Shown here piece by piece: positions 46,980 to 58,526 of a DNA stretch of 64,000 nt; within the stretch, counting starts at the first letter, position 1; each line of letters begins with the position of its first letter. Both the position numbers and the translations under genes were made by a program. The notes beneath the pieces are model-generated. The model saw nothing but the letters and a program-made list of their open reading frames with translations. It was not told where the DNA came from and did no database searches. This DNA is from Cladosporium halotolerans (lineage: Eukaryota): contig NW_027191468.1 in the NCBI RefSeq assembly GCF_011745625.1, positions 186,001 through 250,000 on the forward strand, read 5' to 3'.

Positions 46980-48284
46980 CTAACGTCCCTCGCCGTTCAG
47001 AAATACAGTCCGCGCCTCAAATTCCTGCATCACAGGTGGCTCCCGCAACCACTTCGCCCCCCTGACGACCCTCACCTCCGCAGCCTTCGTCAGCCTCAGA
47101 TGCCTCAACGTCTCCACCTCCTCTTCCGAGCCATCGTGCTTCTCGCTCTCCCAAGCCTGCGCCTCCTTCTCGTACCTCTCCGCCGTGTCCTTCAACACCG
47201 CATGCATCGAAGCAAGCACCTTCTCCGCCGCTTTCGCCAGAGGGAGGTCCTTTGGCGCAACCTCGTCAGGGCTCAGCCAGCTGCGTTTCTCCAGAAGGTG
47301 CGCCTCGGCAGCCGCTTGACGCAGGCGCGACACCATCAGCGCGGCGAACATGTCGCCCGTGCCGGAGAAGAAAATGGGAAGCGAAGGCACGGTGATCCGG
47401 AAGAGGCGCGGTTTGTTGTCTGAGGTGCGCGTGCTGCCTACTACCGAGAGCTTAGCCGTGGCGGAGAGATCTTGCTCTTCGCTCGAAGGCGTCGCAGACC
47501 CAGAAGGCGGTAAGCGGATGGATGTCACGAGGACGTGAGGGAGCTGGTGCTTCGTGTGCAGCGACTCGATCGCGGCGTGCATGGAGTGCAGGTCGCTGAT
47601 CTTGACGTCCGAGAGCAGCTCGGCTTCGAACTGGTTGGGTAGAATCAAGTCGGCGTCTTCGAGCAGGTTCTTGTACATAGGCACGGTGTCCTCGGCAACG
47701 TAGATGCGGCCGTTGTCGCCCATGACGGGATCCAGGACCCAGAAGAAGCTCCCTGGCTTGCCTTTGCTGGTGGCGTTGGAGCGTAGCTCGCGGCCGATTT
47801 TGCCGACTTCTTCGACGAGGGCTGCTGAAGGACAGTAGCCGGAGAGCATTACGTCGAAGTCATTGAGACGGGCGTTCTTGAGGCCTGCGTATAACGATGC
47901 GACTTCTTCTGGGGTTGATTTGCGGCCCGAGAAGCGCTTGTAGGCTACGTGGTTGCCTGGTCATATACTCGATTAGTTGACCGTCTTTTGCAAAGATAGG
48001 AAATTGCCGATAGATCCTACTGTAGTTCACGGTATTGATAGCAGAGACTTCGCATCCCAGTGTCTGCATGCAGAACGTTGCCATCGTATTGCCAACATAG
48101 CTGGTTGGGTCTTAGTCATGTGTCTTCATTGATTGACGCAACACATCTTGAATCGGTCCAGACTCACCCTGACGTGACCTTTTTCGTTTTTGTTAGTTTT
48201 CACTACGTCTTATCGGTATTGGAGAGAACCCACATGACTGGCAACAGCCAGGACGTGAGTCTCCGGCACCTCTATTTCAGCCAT
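46980..48284 (-). CDS. BUD16: Pyridoxal kinase (Bud16/PdxK)
   Basis: Exons 48284-48234, 48178-48168, 48100-48021 and 47956-46980. VLAVASHVTSGYVGN, NTVNYSNHVAY, LDPVMGDNG, PNQFEAE and FSGTGDMF. Confidence 0.93.
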
Positions 48285-48680
48285 TGACACCGGAAGACTT
48301 GACAGCCTATAAAAACTCAATCTAAATTTGTGAAAGCGAGGAACTGATTGCAATAATTATGGTTGTAGATATTCCGTACTGCCCATGATGCCTGCCTGCA
48401 ATTGCTGTCACAAAAAGTGGAGGGCGAAGTCAAATCCAAGAGCCGACCGCCGCCCGCGAGCAAGCTCGCCGAACTGTCGTGGTCCCTGGCCGCTTGATCA
48501 ACAACTTCGCGACGTTCCAAACAAGCTGTTCGCGTTCGGTGCTACCCACGAGCTTGGTCTGAATTTCAAGAGGTTGGCCATTTTGCGGACTGTTACACAA
48601 ACAATCAAGCCGACTCTTCGTGTCATCCCTCCCTAAAGTACAACACAATCACCGCCGAACCCCAACATCTGCACCTCTAA

Positions 48681-49880
48681 ATGGCCGCACCCTCCCGCCT
48701 CGCCGCCTTACCAGGCTTCGATACCGCGCCCGACGTGTACGAGACGCCCGAACTGACCGACGACACCTCAACCACCCAACACACCGCCTCCGCGCCCTCA
48801 GAAGAAGACGACTCCGAGACCTCCACATCCGCAACCACAGACTCCGAGGATGACAGCGGGAGCGAGAACGGCGTGGTTTCGAGACGGCGGCTGAAGCCCA
48901 GCTCTGCGCGCGAGAGGTTCACGAGGGAGGGACAGGGCGTTGAGATTAAGGGCGGGAGGTTTGGAGACCGGGTTGGTGGGTTGGGTGGCCGTGGGTATCG
49001 CGTTCGGGCTTTGGGTAGAAGGGAGGAAGAGGAGAGTTTGGGTGAGAGGGTCGCGAGGCTTAGGAGAGAGGTGGAGGAGTGCAGAGTGCTGGCTGAAAGT
49101 GATGCGGCGGGCGAGGCTGTGGGAGAGGGAGAGATGGAAGGGCTGAAGAGAGTATTGGAGGGATTGGAGCTCAACAAATCGAGGGATACGAAAGTTTCGC
49201 GGAGCGAGGTCGAAGACGAGGGCAGGGGTGAGGATGTGAGCAAGGGCGTAGCAGAATTTGATGCACGCCTCAGCGTGCTGGAGAAGAGCTTGGGACTGTC
49301 GAGCCTGGACACTGGGTCACCCGAGACGCCATTGCTGCCGTCTCTGGCTTTGCTCGACCGACAATTTGGTGCTCTTATGACGGCATCGTCGCTCGCCAGC
49401 CTCGAGGCTGCAAGCGACCGGATCAAGAAGCTCAAAGAGGAAGCAGAGCAACTTTCTATGGTATCCTCGAACCCGGCGGAACCCCCGCCAGAACAATGGA
49501 GTAGCGGCAACGGCACGGCCACACCTCAAGCAGAAACCGCAGGACCTTCGCTCGCTGCAGTCGACATCGAAAAACTCCGCTCCCTCCACGCGCTTCTGCC
49601 TACGTTACAATCATTGACGCCTACTGTACCAGCACTGCTCGACCGCCTCCGTAGCCTACACACTCTGCATTCAGGCGCAGCGAACGCAGCAGGCGAGATG
49701 GAAGATCTCGAGAGGAGGCAAGACGACTTCGAAAAAGAGCTCAAGGAGTGGCGCGAAGGCCTTGAAAAGGTGGAAAAGGCGGTCAGAGAAGCCGACGAAG
49801 CGAACGGTAGAAACGGCAAGGTCGTCCAGAGCTGGGTGAAAGATATTGAGGGGAGAGTAGGCAAGTTGGGTTCGGTTTGA
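48681..49880 (+). CDS. Dynactin subunit p50/dynamitin
   Basis: LPGFDTAPDVYETPELTDD N-terminus, ESLGERVARLRREVEE, FDARLSVLEKSLG and VPALLDRLRSLHTLH. Confidence 0.85.
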   Translation: MAAPSRLAALPGFDTAPDVYETPELTDDTSTTQHTASAPSEEDDSETSTSATTDSEDDSGSENGVVSRRRLKPSSARERFTREGQGVEIKGGRFGDRVGGLGGRGYRVRALGRREEEESLGERVARLRREVEECRVLAESDAAGEAVGEGEMEGLKRVLEGLELNKSRDTKVSRSEVEDEGRGEDVSKGVAEFDARLSVLEKSLGLSSLDTGSPETPLLPSLALLDRQFGALMTASSLASLEAASDRIKKLKEEAEQLSMVSSNPAEPPPEQWSSGNGTATPQAETAGPSLAAVDIEKLRSLHALLPTLQSLTPTVPALLDRLRSLHTLHSGAANAAGEMEDLERRQDDFEKELKEWREGLEKVEKAVREADEANGRNGKVVQSWVKDIEGRVGKLGSV

Positions 49881-50242
49881 ATAGCTCTATACCCTTCAGC
49901 ATCTTAATCGCGAATGCAATTGAACTTTTGAGGGCACGCAACCCATTCTTTTTTTTCAAACTTCACCGTCGGATGAATTATGGTATCTCTGATCTTAATC
50001 GGTTCTCCAAGTACGTCTGTGCTATCGTGCTAGAACGGCCTGATCGATAAATGTCAGGGGAGCAATGGGTACGTGCCCCGCCACTGCCCGACTTCACCCC
50101 ACAAACAAACGCCTCATAAACTCGCAACTTCAATCAAATACAAGAAAATCAAAAGTCAGCCCGTGAGGGTGCACCACCAAGGAGAAAACAAAGCAGTACA
50201 CAAAAAAAGACTAAGATCCGGGAAAAGGACGACTCGCCTAAA

Positions 50243-51550
50243 ATGGCAGAAACCTGCCCCATCCCCCCCGTCGCCTCCTCCCTGGAATCCTACATCCTGG
50301 CCCGGCCCACCGTCTCATCAATCCGGCAATCCCTGCACTCGCACCTCGAGCGCCAGCTGCGACTCGAAAATTCCCAAACTCTTTCGCTCGCAAATCTCAC
50401 CGACCCGCCTCTTACGCAAACTCTGCCAGAGCCGCCCGCGAGCGTGACGGGCGTGCGCAGAGCGTACTGGCGCGCGCTGCGGGCGCATCAGGTCGCGAGG
50501 GAGAGGTATGAGGGGTTGAGGGCGGAGTTAGACGTTGTTGGCGGAGGGAGGGGTGAGGGGGAGGTTGGTGGGGAGAGAGAGGGAGCGGGGAGGGAGTTGT
50601 TGCCTTTGGTCCGGGCGCGGGAGGCGAGGAGGAAATTGGGGGCCGTGGAGAGGGCGCTGGAAGCTGTTGAGAGGCAGGGTAATGGCGTGTTGGGGCTGAA
50701 GATTGATGAGATTGTTAGGAAGGCGGTAGGTGAGGTGCCTGCTTTGCCGGGCCAGAGGGGTGGAATGGGTGGTGGCGGTGGTGGGAGAGAGGAGGGTGAG
50801 ATGAGGCTGGTGGAGCTGAAGAAGGCTGTGCTCGGTGCGAAGGCTACGATTCAGAGATGCTCCAACGAGGAGCCTGGTTCTCGTGTCTCGGCCAAGGGCG
50901 ATCCGGAATTGTATGCTCTGCAGCAGGCGAGAAACGAGCTGATCGGCTGGATCGAAAAGCAACTGGCGCTCATCGGCGACGCGCAGGCCGACGGCGACGA
51001 GACTCCATCACCCGAAAAGAACGGAGTAGAGAACGGCCACGTTGTCTCCAACGAAGAAATCGCGCAGCTCTACGAACGCTACCTGGTCGCTCGACGCACC
51101 CTCCTCGACACCGTCCAAACACCACAAGACATCTCACCCTTCGCTCCCGTTCCAGACTCCACCAGACCCACCCGCTCACCCCAAGACGCCGAAACCACCG
51201 CCTCATCAGCCACCACTGTCCTGCCCTTCATCGAACCCCTCCTCGCGACCAAAGACGAAGAGCAAAACCTGATCCACCAAGCGGCCTATGTCCGCCGCCA
51301 GCTGACCGCTGCTGAAGCCGGCTCCGAGCGACTCATGAGACGGTTCGCTGACGAAAGCCACCTCGTGCACCCCGGTGCCTCCAGAGGGCGCGACTGGGCT
51401 CTTGCAGCGGAAGAGGCAGCCGAGACGACGAAGGAGTTCGTCCTGGCGAGGGCTGCGGCAGGGGCGACGGCTTCGAAAGAGGCAGAGGGAACGCTTAGGA
51501 AGGTGGAAGGGGCTCCGGAGGGGTTGGAGAGGTTGGCAGGTCAGGCGTGA
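50243..51550 (+). CDS. Hypothetical coiled-coil protein, 435 aa
   Basis: Intact intronless ORF with helical segments (VRRAYWRAL, ALQQARNELIGWIEKQLA); no family recognised. Confidence 0.75.
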   Translation: MAETCPIPPVASSLESYILARPTVSSIRQSLHSHLERQLRLENSQTLSLANLTDPPLTQTLPEPPASVTGVRRAYWRALRAHQVARERYEGLRAELDVVGGGRGEGEVGGEREGAGRELLPLVRAREARRKLGAVERALEAVERQGNGVLGLKIDEIVRKAVGEVPALPGQRGGMGGGGGGREEGEMRLVELKKAVLGAKATIQRCSNEEPGSRVSAKGDPELYALQQARNELIGWIEKQLALIGDAQADGDETPSPEKNGVENGHVVSNEEIAQLYERYLVARRTLLDTVQTPQDISPFAPVPDSTRPTRSPQDAETTASSATTVLPFIEPLLATKDEEQNLIHQAAYVRRQLTAAEAGSERLMRRFADESHLVHPGASRGRDWALAAEEAAETTKEFVLARAAAGATASKEAEGTLRKVEGAPEGLERLAGQA

Positions 51551-51898
51551 GGATGAGAAGTAGAATCAATAGGCTTGAATGTTGGGTGTAATCACAATGT
51601 AATACCGCAGAACTGGCAGGCACTCATCACTATCCGCTCTGTGCATTATCCACAACATGCTCGCATCAGTCTCAGGGACCACGAGTGCTCGTTTTGCCCA
51701 TCTTGTCTCAGGTCAACTCATTCTCCCATCGAAGTCCCGCAATTTACTTCGCCGGCCCATGCATGCGTGCGTCTCATTCAATCGTGTCAATGTTCGTGCT
51801 AGTAATCATCCATCATCCGTCATCCGTCATCTCCCTGTCCGCAGCCGAAACAAAGGGTGTTCGTCACAAGCAAACGCCTTGCTTGCTTGCTCGCTCGC

Positions 51899-53129
51899 TC
51901 AAAGATCGTTGTAGCCCAAAATGCGCTTGTCAAGCCCCTTGTCTGCGACGGCCCACGACCAGGCGCGGCCCGCCTCGCCGCCGAACAAGCTCTCCGGGCA
52001 GGAGGACTTCTCGAGCATGCCGTCTTTCTCCATGGACTTCATCTCGTGGCCTGTGGTGTACGTGAGGAAGTGTTCGAAGTCCTTATCTTCGAGGGCGAGA
52101 GCGTTGCCGGTGATGCCTTGTGAGGTGTCAGTGTTCTGAAAGGTGGTATGGAGGTTTGGAGGGACGTACCGTGACAGAGGCATGGTTCTTTGGTAAGGAG
52201 TCCACGCTCCTTGACGCATTCTCGGCCACTGGCAATCGCTTTCGTGATCTTCTCTTCCAGATTCGGGAAATATTTCTTGATGCTGACCAAGCTGTTGACA
52301 ACGCCTGGTGCACCATGGCAGACCTGCACCAAACGATCCTTCTCCGGCGGTATGCTGCTGGGCCAATTCCCAGTTTCATACTGGTACGTGAGCAGTACCG
52401 CGAGGTCTGCTTCCACCTTCGGCGCGTACTTCTTTGGGTCCGTGAAAACCACCTGAGTGATGATGCCGATTGCGCCGTGGATCGCGCCGACGTAGGTCTT
52501 ACCGTGCCATTTCCATGGCCGCGGGGAATCCAGGATCGCGTCGATAACATCATCTTGGGTGTCCGTGATCAACTGTAGCGTCTTTTGGTCGTCGACAAAT
52601 GACGTTTTGACCATTCGTAGCAGATACAAATAGCCAGCTCTGCCGTACAAAAACTCGTTCTCCGTCTCCGGCTCCAGCGCCTCCGCCGAGTAATCGCACA
52701 GGTTGCCGACCATATCCACATCCTTGCTCGTCGCAGCACCAATGGCGAGCAACGCCAAAATATCGTCCGTGATACCGCACTTGCCCGGCTTCGGCCCAGG
52801 GTAGTCTCCTATGGTATCTTGGGCCTGCTTCAAGTATGCGGCAGACCATGTGCCCAATAGTTGCCCTTCAACCTCCAGATCTGGATACATTTGCTGGAGG
52901 ATGAGGAGAGTGTATGCAACACTGACGGGGCCTTTGAAAAGACCGCCGCCCGGTTTTATGCTTGCGGGAGGGTGGTCGTTGACGAGGCGGTTCAGAGAAG
53001 CCTTGAGTTGTTTGTAAGGGTCTAGTAGCGGTCAGTCGGCAACCAACATCGAACAAGCTGCACAAAACGCAAAGCGGATCACCAACCTCTGCTCGCCAGT
53101 GGCGCGTCATTTTTGAAGTACCGCGGCAT
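51899..53129 (-). CDS. LanC-like (lanthionine synthetase C-like) protein
   Basis: Exons 53129-53087, 53021-52170 and 52116-51899. EFLYGRAGYL, GAIHGAIG, VQVCHGAPG and CLCHGITGNA carry the Cys/Cys/His zinc ligands. Confidence 0.9.
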
Positions 53130-55316
53130 CCTCGAAGTACGTTTCGTGCTGTTGCCGACCTAGAAGGGCGGCAGAGAACAGTCGCTGGCTCAGAGCATTA
53201 GAGGCGGTGGGCAGCTTCGAAGCCAGTCCGAAGGTGTGTTGTGTCGCGCGCGGGTTGCGCGGGGGAAGGAAGGATACTGTGCTGCCGTCTCGTGCTCTGG
53301 GCAGCTGCGATATGCACGAGGCTCATTCAGTCATCCACGAGGCCGCGGTGCATTCGGGAATTTGTCTCTTCACAACAAAGCATGTGTGTAGCCCCACGCG
53401 ACCGTTAGTGGGAACTTCGAGGTGGAGTGACGTCGCAGGGTTCAAAGCGCTCGGCTCGGGCGGCAGCGCTTCGGCCCAGGCCTTCTCTGTGGCGCCCTTT
53501 GCTCCAGAGCCAGGCTGTTTGAGGGATGTGCTCGCCGGGAGGAGCTCCGAAAACAAGACGCACCCTTCTGCACATGTTCAATTCACTGCTCGACCAATAC
53601 TCGGGCTGGACGCAGTAATGTCCGCGGCGCTTGAGGCACTATTGAGCACATAGTCTAATACGTGGCTAGGCATCGATGCAGGTGAATGACTCGCAGATGC
53701 GGAAACCCTTTGGGCCATCCTGTCATGCAAAATGGCCGTGGTAGCTGTTGGGCAGCCAACCTTGGGAATACACGTCTCAGATCGACCCTGCGATCTCAGG
53801 CTTCACCGTGGTTGGTCGTATAAGGAGCAAGCGACACGCTGAGACACGGCAATCTCTGGCAGGGGAGCCGATATGCAGCTTGACGGATTGCAGTCAGCCT
53901 TGCATGTCATCTCTCACGACACAATAGGGTAGGAGAATGAGGATTGGAAAACGACTCAGGAGATTGCTGCGCTGGAGGTGATACCCACTGCTTCAACGTC
54001 AAAGCTCACAATGATGAATGCTCTTATGGAGCTGGAAGCACTGGTACAAGGCAATGGCGTAGGGCTGATACGCAAGCACAGAGAACGGAAATGATTCAGC
54101 CAGTTCTGCGCTTGCCGTACCTACTACTGTCTGTGCGTGTGACGTGGAAGGCATGCTGCTGTATCAGCGAGGCACAACGATCACTATTTCGCGAACGGAC
54201 CGCATGTGCAACGATGGGCTGAATCTGTCGATGATGAAGGAAAATGCTCTGATGGACAGGAGATGTGGTGGAGGGCCATGACGAAAAGGCAGCGCACGTG
54301 GCAGCGAATGTTGCGTCGCACAACGCGTGTCCGGGCGTGTGGTCGGCACGTCGGGAGGGAGGCTGGCATGTATCAGAGTGATGGCCGTCGCGCCGTCGCG
54401 AACGCTTGAGCCGTGCGTGACGGGTGTTTGTAGGCTGTTGCGTCTGTTCCACCAGCGCCTCTGCGTGCCTGCTTGTGCAATGATAATGGTACAGCCGCGT
54501 GCACGGCGAACGCCGGATGCAGGCGGGAAGCGCTGCCTCCGCTCGTTCGAGCCATTGGGATTTGCCTTTGCTGGAACCTTGAAACTTCCGGACCTTGCGT
54601 CTTGTGGCTTGGGACATTTCCACCGCCAAACCCTGCACGAGCGTTGAGCGAGGTGAGTGGTGAGCGGACGGGCGTGGCCTTGATTTGGTCCGCCACGACA
54701 GCATCACCGCCCGCCACTCAGGCCACCCGCCGCGGGTCGCCCGCCAGGACCACCACCGCCAGCATCACCGTCTTCAGCAGCGTTGGCCCGAGTGGGAGTG
54801 GCAGACGCAACCGCAGAGCAGCACACGCAGATCGTCCCGGCACGCCCAGCGCCCTCTCCCGCGCCTCGTCAACTCTCGCGCGCATCCAGCTAAATAAAGT
54901 ACGCTAGGGGCCCATCGTCCGAGCTTCCCCACAGTGCCAGCCCGTGGCTGGATCGCCACGCAACGAGCTGCGCAATCGCCGCCGTATGCCCACGCATCCT
55001 TCACCACCGCCTTCCCACCCGCAGTGTTTTTTACGTCCATAGTCCGCTCCTGCTCCCATCGCGGATTTCCTCCCAATTGCACGACACCACACACACATCC
55101 ATTGTTACGCCGCGCCTGTCAATCCCGTGCGGCATCCACTACCACCGGACCCTCGCGCACTAACGCTCGTTCAATCCCAACGTCCGCTCCACAGAAACCC
55201 GCTGAACCGGCCACCGCGTCCGCTCGTTCCCTGCAAGACGCTGTGCCATCACTGCTAGCCGCGGAGAGCCAAGAGGAGGACCGAGATCCATCAGCGTATC
55301 GATAATCACCAGCGAT

Positions 55317-56711
55317 ATGGATTCTGCGACATCTCCCAGAGCGCGCCCGCGATCTCGCGGTTTCAGCTTCAAGAGCGACCGTAGTAACGGCTCGCGTAGC
55401 AAGGCTGAACATCTGACGGAGTCGCCGGATGAGAAACAGCGCAGGGACAGCATTTGGAAGAACTCCAGCAAGGCGAACCCCAATGCCGCCATCACCGAGG
55501 CTCAGCCGGGAGGTGAGTGACCTACCCTGCTTATCGCCCGTTCCGTCTCTTGCACTGCCACTCTTCCTCGACTTGATCTCTCTCTGCTTCTTTCGTCTCT
55601 GCGTTACCTACACATCATTATGCCTCCCAAATTCGAAGGTGTCAATGCCGAGGGCCTTGCTGACCCGACCGTCCAACCTTCAGATGCCCAGCTTCTCGAA
55701 CAGGCAACTCTCGGCTCGCTGCGCAGCGGGCAACACGTTGACGCCAACGGCAACGTCATTAGTAAGTGCAACGATCTCGGCTCATTCGTGCAACAATTGC
55801 TAACCATGCCGCAGCTGACCCAGATCTTTCCAACCCGACGCGACCTCGCCTTGAGCGGCCACTCGACACGATCCGGTCGTTCGAGAAGGCCATCGACAAT
55901 GGCTACAAGAGGAGGAATTCGATGATGCGCAGTGGTCCGTCCTCGCGCCCTCCAGCTTTCCACTATTAGTACATAGCTCTAACGATATACCCTAGAATCG
56001 CACGACCAGAATCAACAATATCAAAGCAGAAGAAACAGCTCCTTTGGTGCTGGTGAGTTTCCCAATGCTTCAACCCGCCTCAATGGCCGCGGTTCAGGCG
56101 CCAACAAGATCTACCATTCAGGTTACGAATCCAATCGCTACTCCCAAGGTGGCGCCGGCATGGGCGGTGGCTACTACGGCAACCGCCGCCCCGACTCGTA
56201 CGCCGAAGGGCCTCGAGGCAACCGCTACAACTCTCGCGGCAACGGCTACAATGGCAACGGCTACAATGGCAACGGCATCTACAACCAGCAGCACGGCCAC
56301 CACCAGTCTTACGACACCGTCAACTCCGGGCAGACCTACGGCTCCGACTCCACCGGCCCGTGGGCGAACGGCACCGACCCCAGCAGCGAGAATAGCTCCC
56401 TCGACCGCATCAACGCCACTTCCAAGCCGCAGCCCGACGGCATGTACGGCGGACAGAACGGCTACGGTGGATATCCGCGCCCGATCCCGGAGGATGGCGC
56501 GTACACGCCGCAGCAGCAGAATGGCTACGGTGGCGGCCCCGTGCAGCCGCCGGGTGGGCAGAGGAGGCCGATCCCTCTGGGCGGCAGCGGAGAGCCTGGC
56601 CTGTCGGCCGCCGCCGCCGCGCCGCCGAGAGGCAGCCTTCCGTCCACGGCGCGCCCGGAGCCGGAAAAGAAGAAGGGCTGGCTGAGCAGGCGGTTCAGCA
56701 AGAAGGACTAG
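55317..56711 (+). CDS. DUF2406-family protein (yeast YMR295C/YGR273C-like)
   Basis: Introns 55513-55683, 55762-55814, 55935-55995 and probably 56053-56121. KANPNAAITEAQP...DANGNVITDPDLSNPTRPRLERPLDTIRSFEKAI, then a G/N/Y-rich tail. Confidence 0.85.
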
Positions 56712-57589
56712 ATCCGTTCGCTTTCCGCGGCGCAATAGATCGAAAGACCGCTAGGATCTTGTAAGGCAGCGGCGCTTGGATTTTCTCAATTCTACGGCTC
56801 GCTTATCCTGCTTCTTCGCGCAGCTCGCGATGGGGCGAAAAAAATAATGCTAATGACTTTTTTTTTGACGACGACGACGGGGGATTCACGCCACGCCAAC
56901 ACGCTGGGGAAGGAAACAAGAACCCCGAAACGAACGACACTGGGAGTCACAGTACAACCACGATCAGGAACGGTGGGGGTTGCGAAGGGCAGTGGGGAAC
57001 GAGTTCTCAGACTCCGCATTCCTCTTCACTCCTATCCTTTTCACGCAAGGCGCTACGGGGGATCAACCACAGGTTATGTTTTAGGATTCGGCGCGCTAGG
57101 CTCGGGCAGGGAATCGGATCGGACACGGCGGGACGAACGATGACCTTTTTCGGGTACCGATTATTGTTGCGAGGAAATATTTTGTGTGCTTTTTTTTTTG
57201 GGTACTGAATTCATGTAATGGCTTTCGCTTCGCCTTTTGTCCTGCTTCGCTTCCGTGAGTTTGTTTCGCTCATTTCCGGAGACTTTTCGTGCTCAGTGCC
57301 GGAATGGGTTCTCACAATCGCTAGCCTGAATTCCTGTGAGACCGTTTCCAAAGCCAACTCTCTGTCGCCCCCTGCCACGTGAAGCTGCGTGCAATAAGAG
57401 TAGCAGTTATTCAGCGTGCCGCAGGCAGGCTCCAATTCTATTCTGCATCATCCCCCCTTTCGTGATGGCCTTGCAAAGCGGGCAGGGTTGCGTCAATAGT
57501 GCGGATAGCGGTGCGCGTGAGCGCATTTGAAGGGGCATATCGAGAACGACAGAACTTTTAGACAAAAACACTACTGTTACCCGACACCG

Positions 57590-58069
57590 CTACTTGTCTT
57601 TCCTCCCTTCGGCCGCGTCGGCTTCGCGCTCGGATTTGTCGTCGTTGAAGGCCACGACTACGTACGAGAGCAGCACCACGTTGGCTACGACGGCTGCGAG
57701 GGCGCCGGCGTAGGTTGAGTTGCCTGTTTGAAGTTTAGCCATTTGCTCTAGTCTAAGAGAGTAGAATAGGCCCATGTCACGGAAAGGGAGGTTCGAGGAC
57801 GTACCGCCGAATAAAGCGTTCACGGAGAGGAAGTAGGAGCCAATAGGGAGGGTGATCATGGCTACGGTGAAGGCGAGAAGTTTGAAGATGATGGATCTGA
57901 TTGATCATGCCTTGTCAGCATTTCTTGAACTACCAGTAGATCGCCACTATGCCCCAGGGACGACGTACGAAGGGACAGCCGGAGCGATGTTGGACTCGGG
58001 CCCAGACTTGGTGTCATCTTGGTCGAGATGTGTCTTCTCAGACGTGTTGATGCGGCGTTGGGTGGCCAT
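57590..58069 (-). CDS. VMA21: V-ATPase assembly factor Vma21
   Basis: Exons 58069-57969, 57896-57805 and 57723-57590. IFKLLAFTVAMITLPIGSYF...GNSTYAGALAAVVANVVLLSYVVVAFNDD. Confidence 0.92.
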
Positions 58070-58526
58070 GTTCGTCAATGTTGTGGTAGGCCCGTCAGTA
58101 ACTTCCTTTCCATATACAATCCAACAATGGTCTTTGTCGGCTGCCTGAGTCTTGCAGCGGCGGGCACAGATGTCGTCAAACGCGTGCCAAAGGGTCTAAT
58201 TGCGCACAGACCGCGACTGTGAATGCCGCAGCCACTTGACACCGGTCGCGTCAAAGCCCGCGTCTTCCATCATTGAAGTTTTGCCCGCCCTCGATCACTG
58301 GCCCGCTCTACACGACTTCGACGACACTTTGGCGGTTGCTTTCACGCGACTTTTGTTCTGTATGTTTCCGCGTCGCTTGTGAACACCTGAACGTGCCGGG
58401 TTTCTTTCGCTTGATTTTCTTCCCTGGCAGGACGGTCCGTAGTGAACGGCAACTCATCTCACCGCGTACCCATCCGTCACTCAGCAACCATACTGTCGAC
58501 TCTCACAAGCATTTGCACAAGCGATC

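Noticed and set aside
51899..53129. LanC-like gene as part of a lanthipeptide/RiPP cluster
   Set aside because: No LanB/LanM dehydratase, precursor peptide or peptidase is nearby, and standalone LanC-like proteins are common in eukaryotes.
53200..55300. Many short GC-rich ORFs between the LanC-like and DUF2406 genes
   Set aside because: They overlap on both strands without motifs, consistent with divergent promoters and a long 5'UTR.
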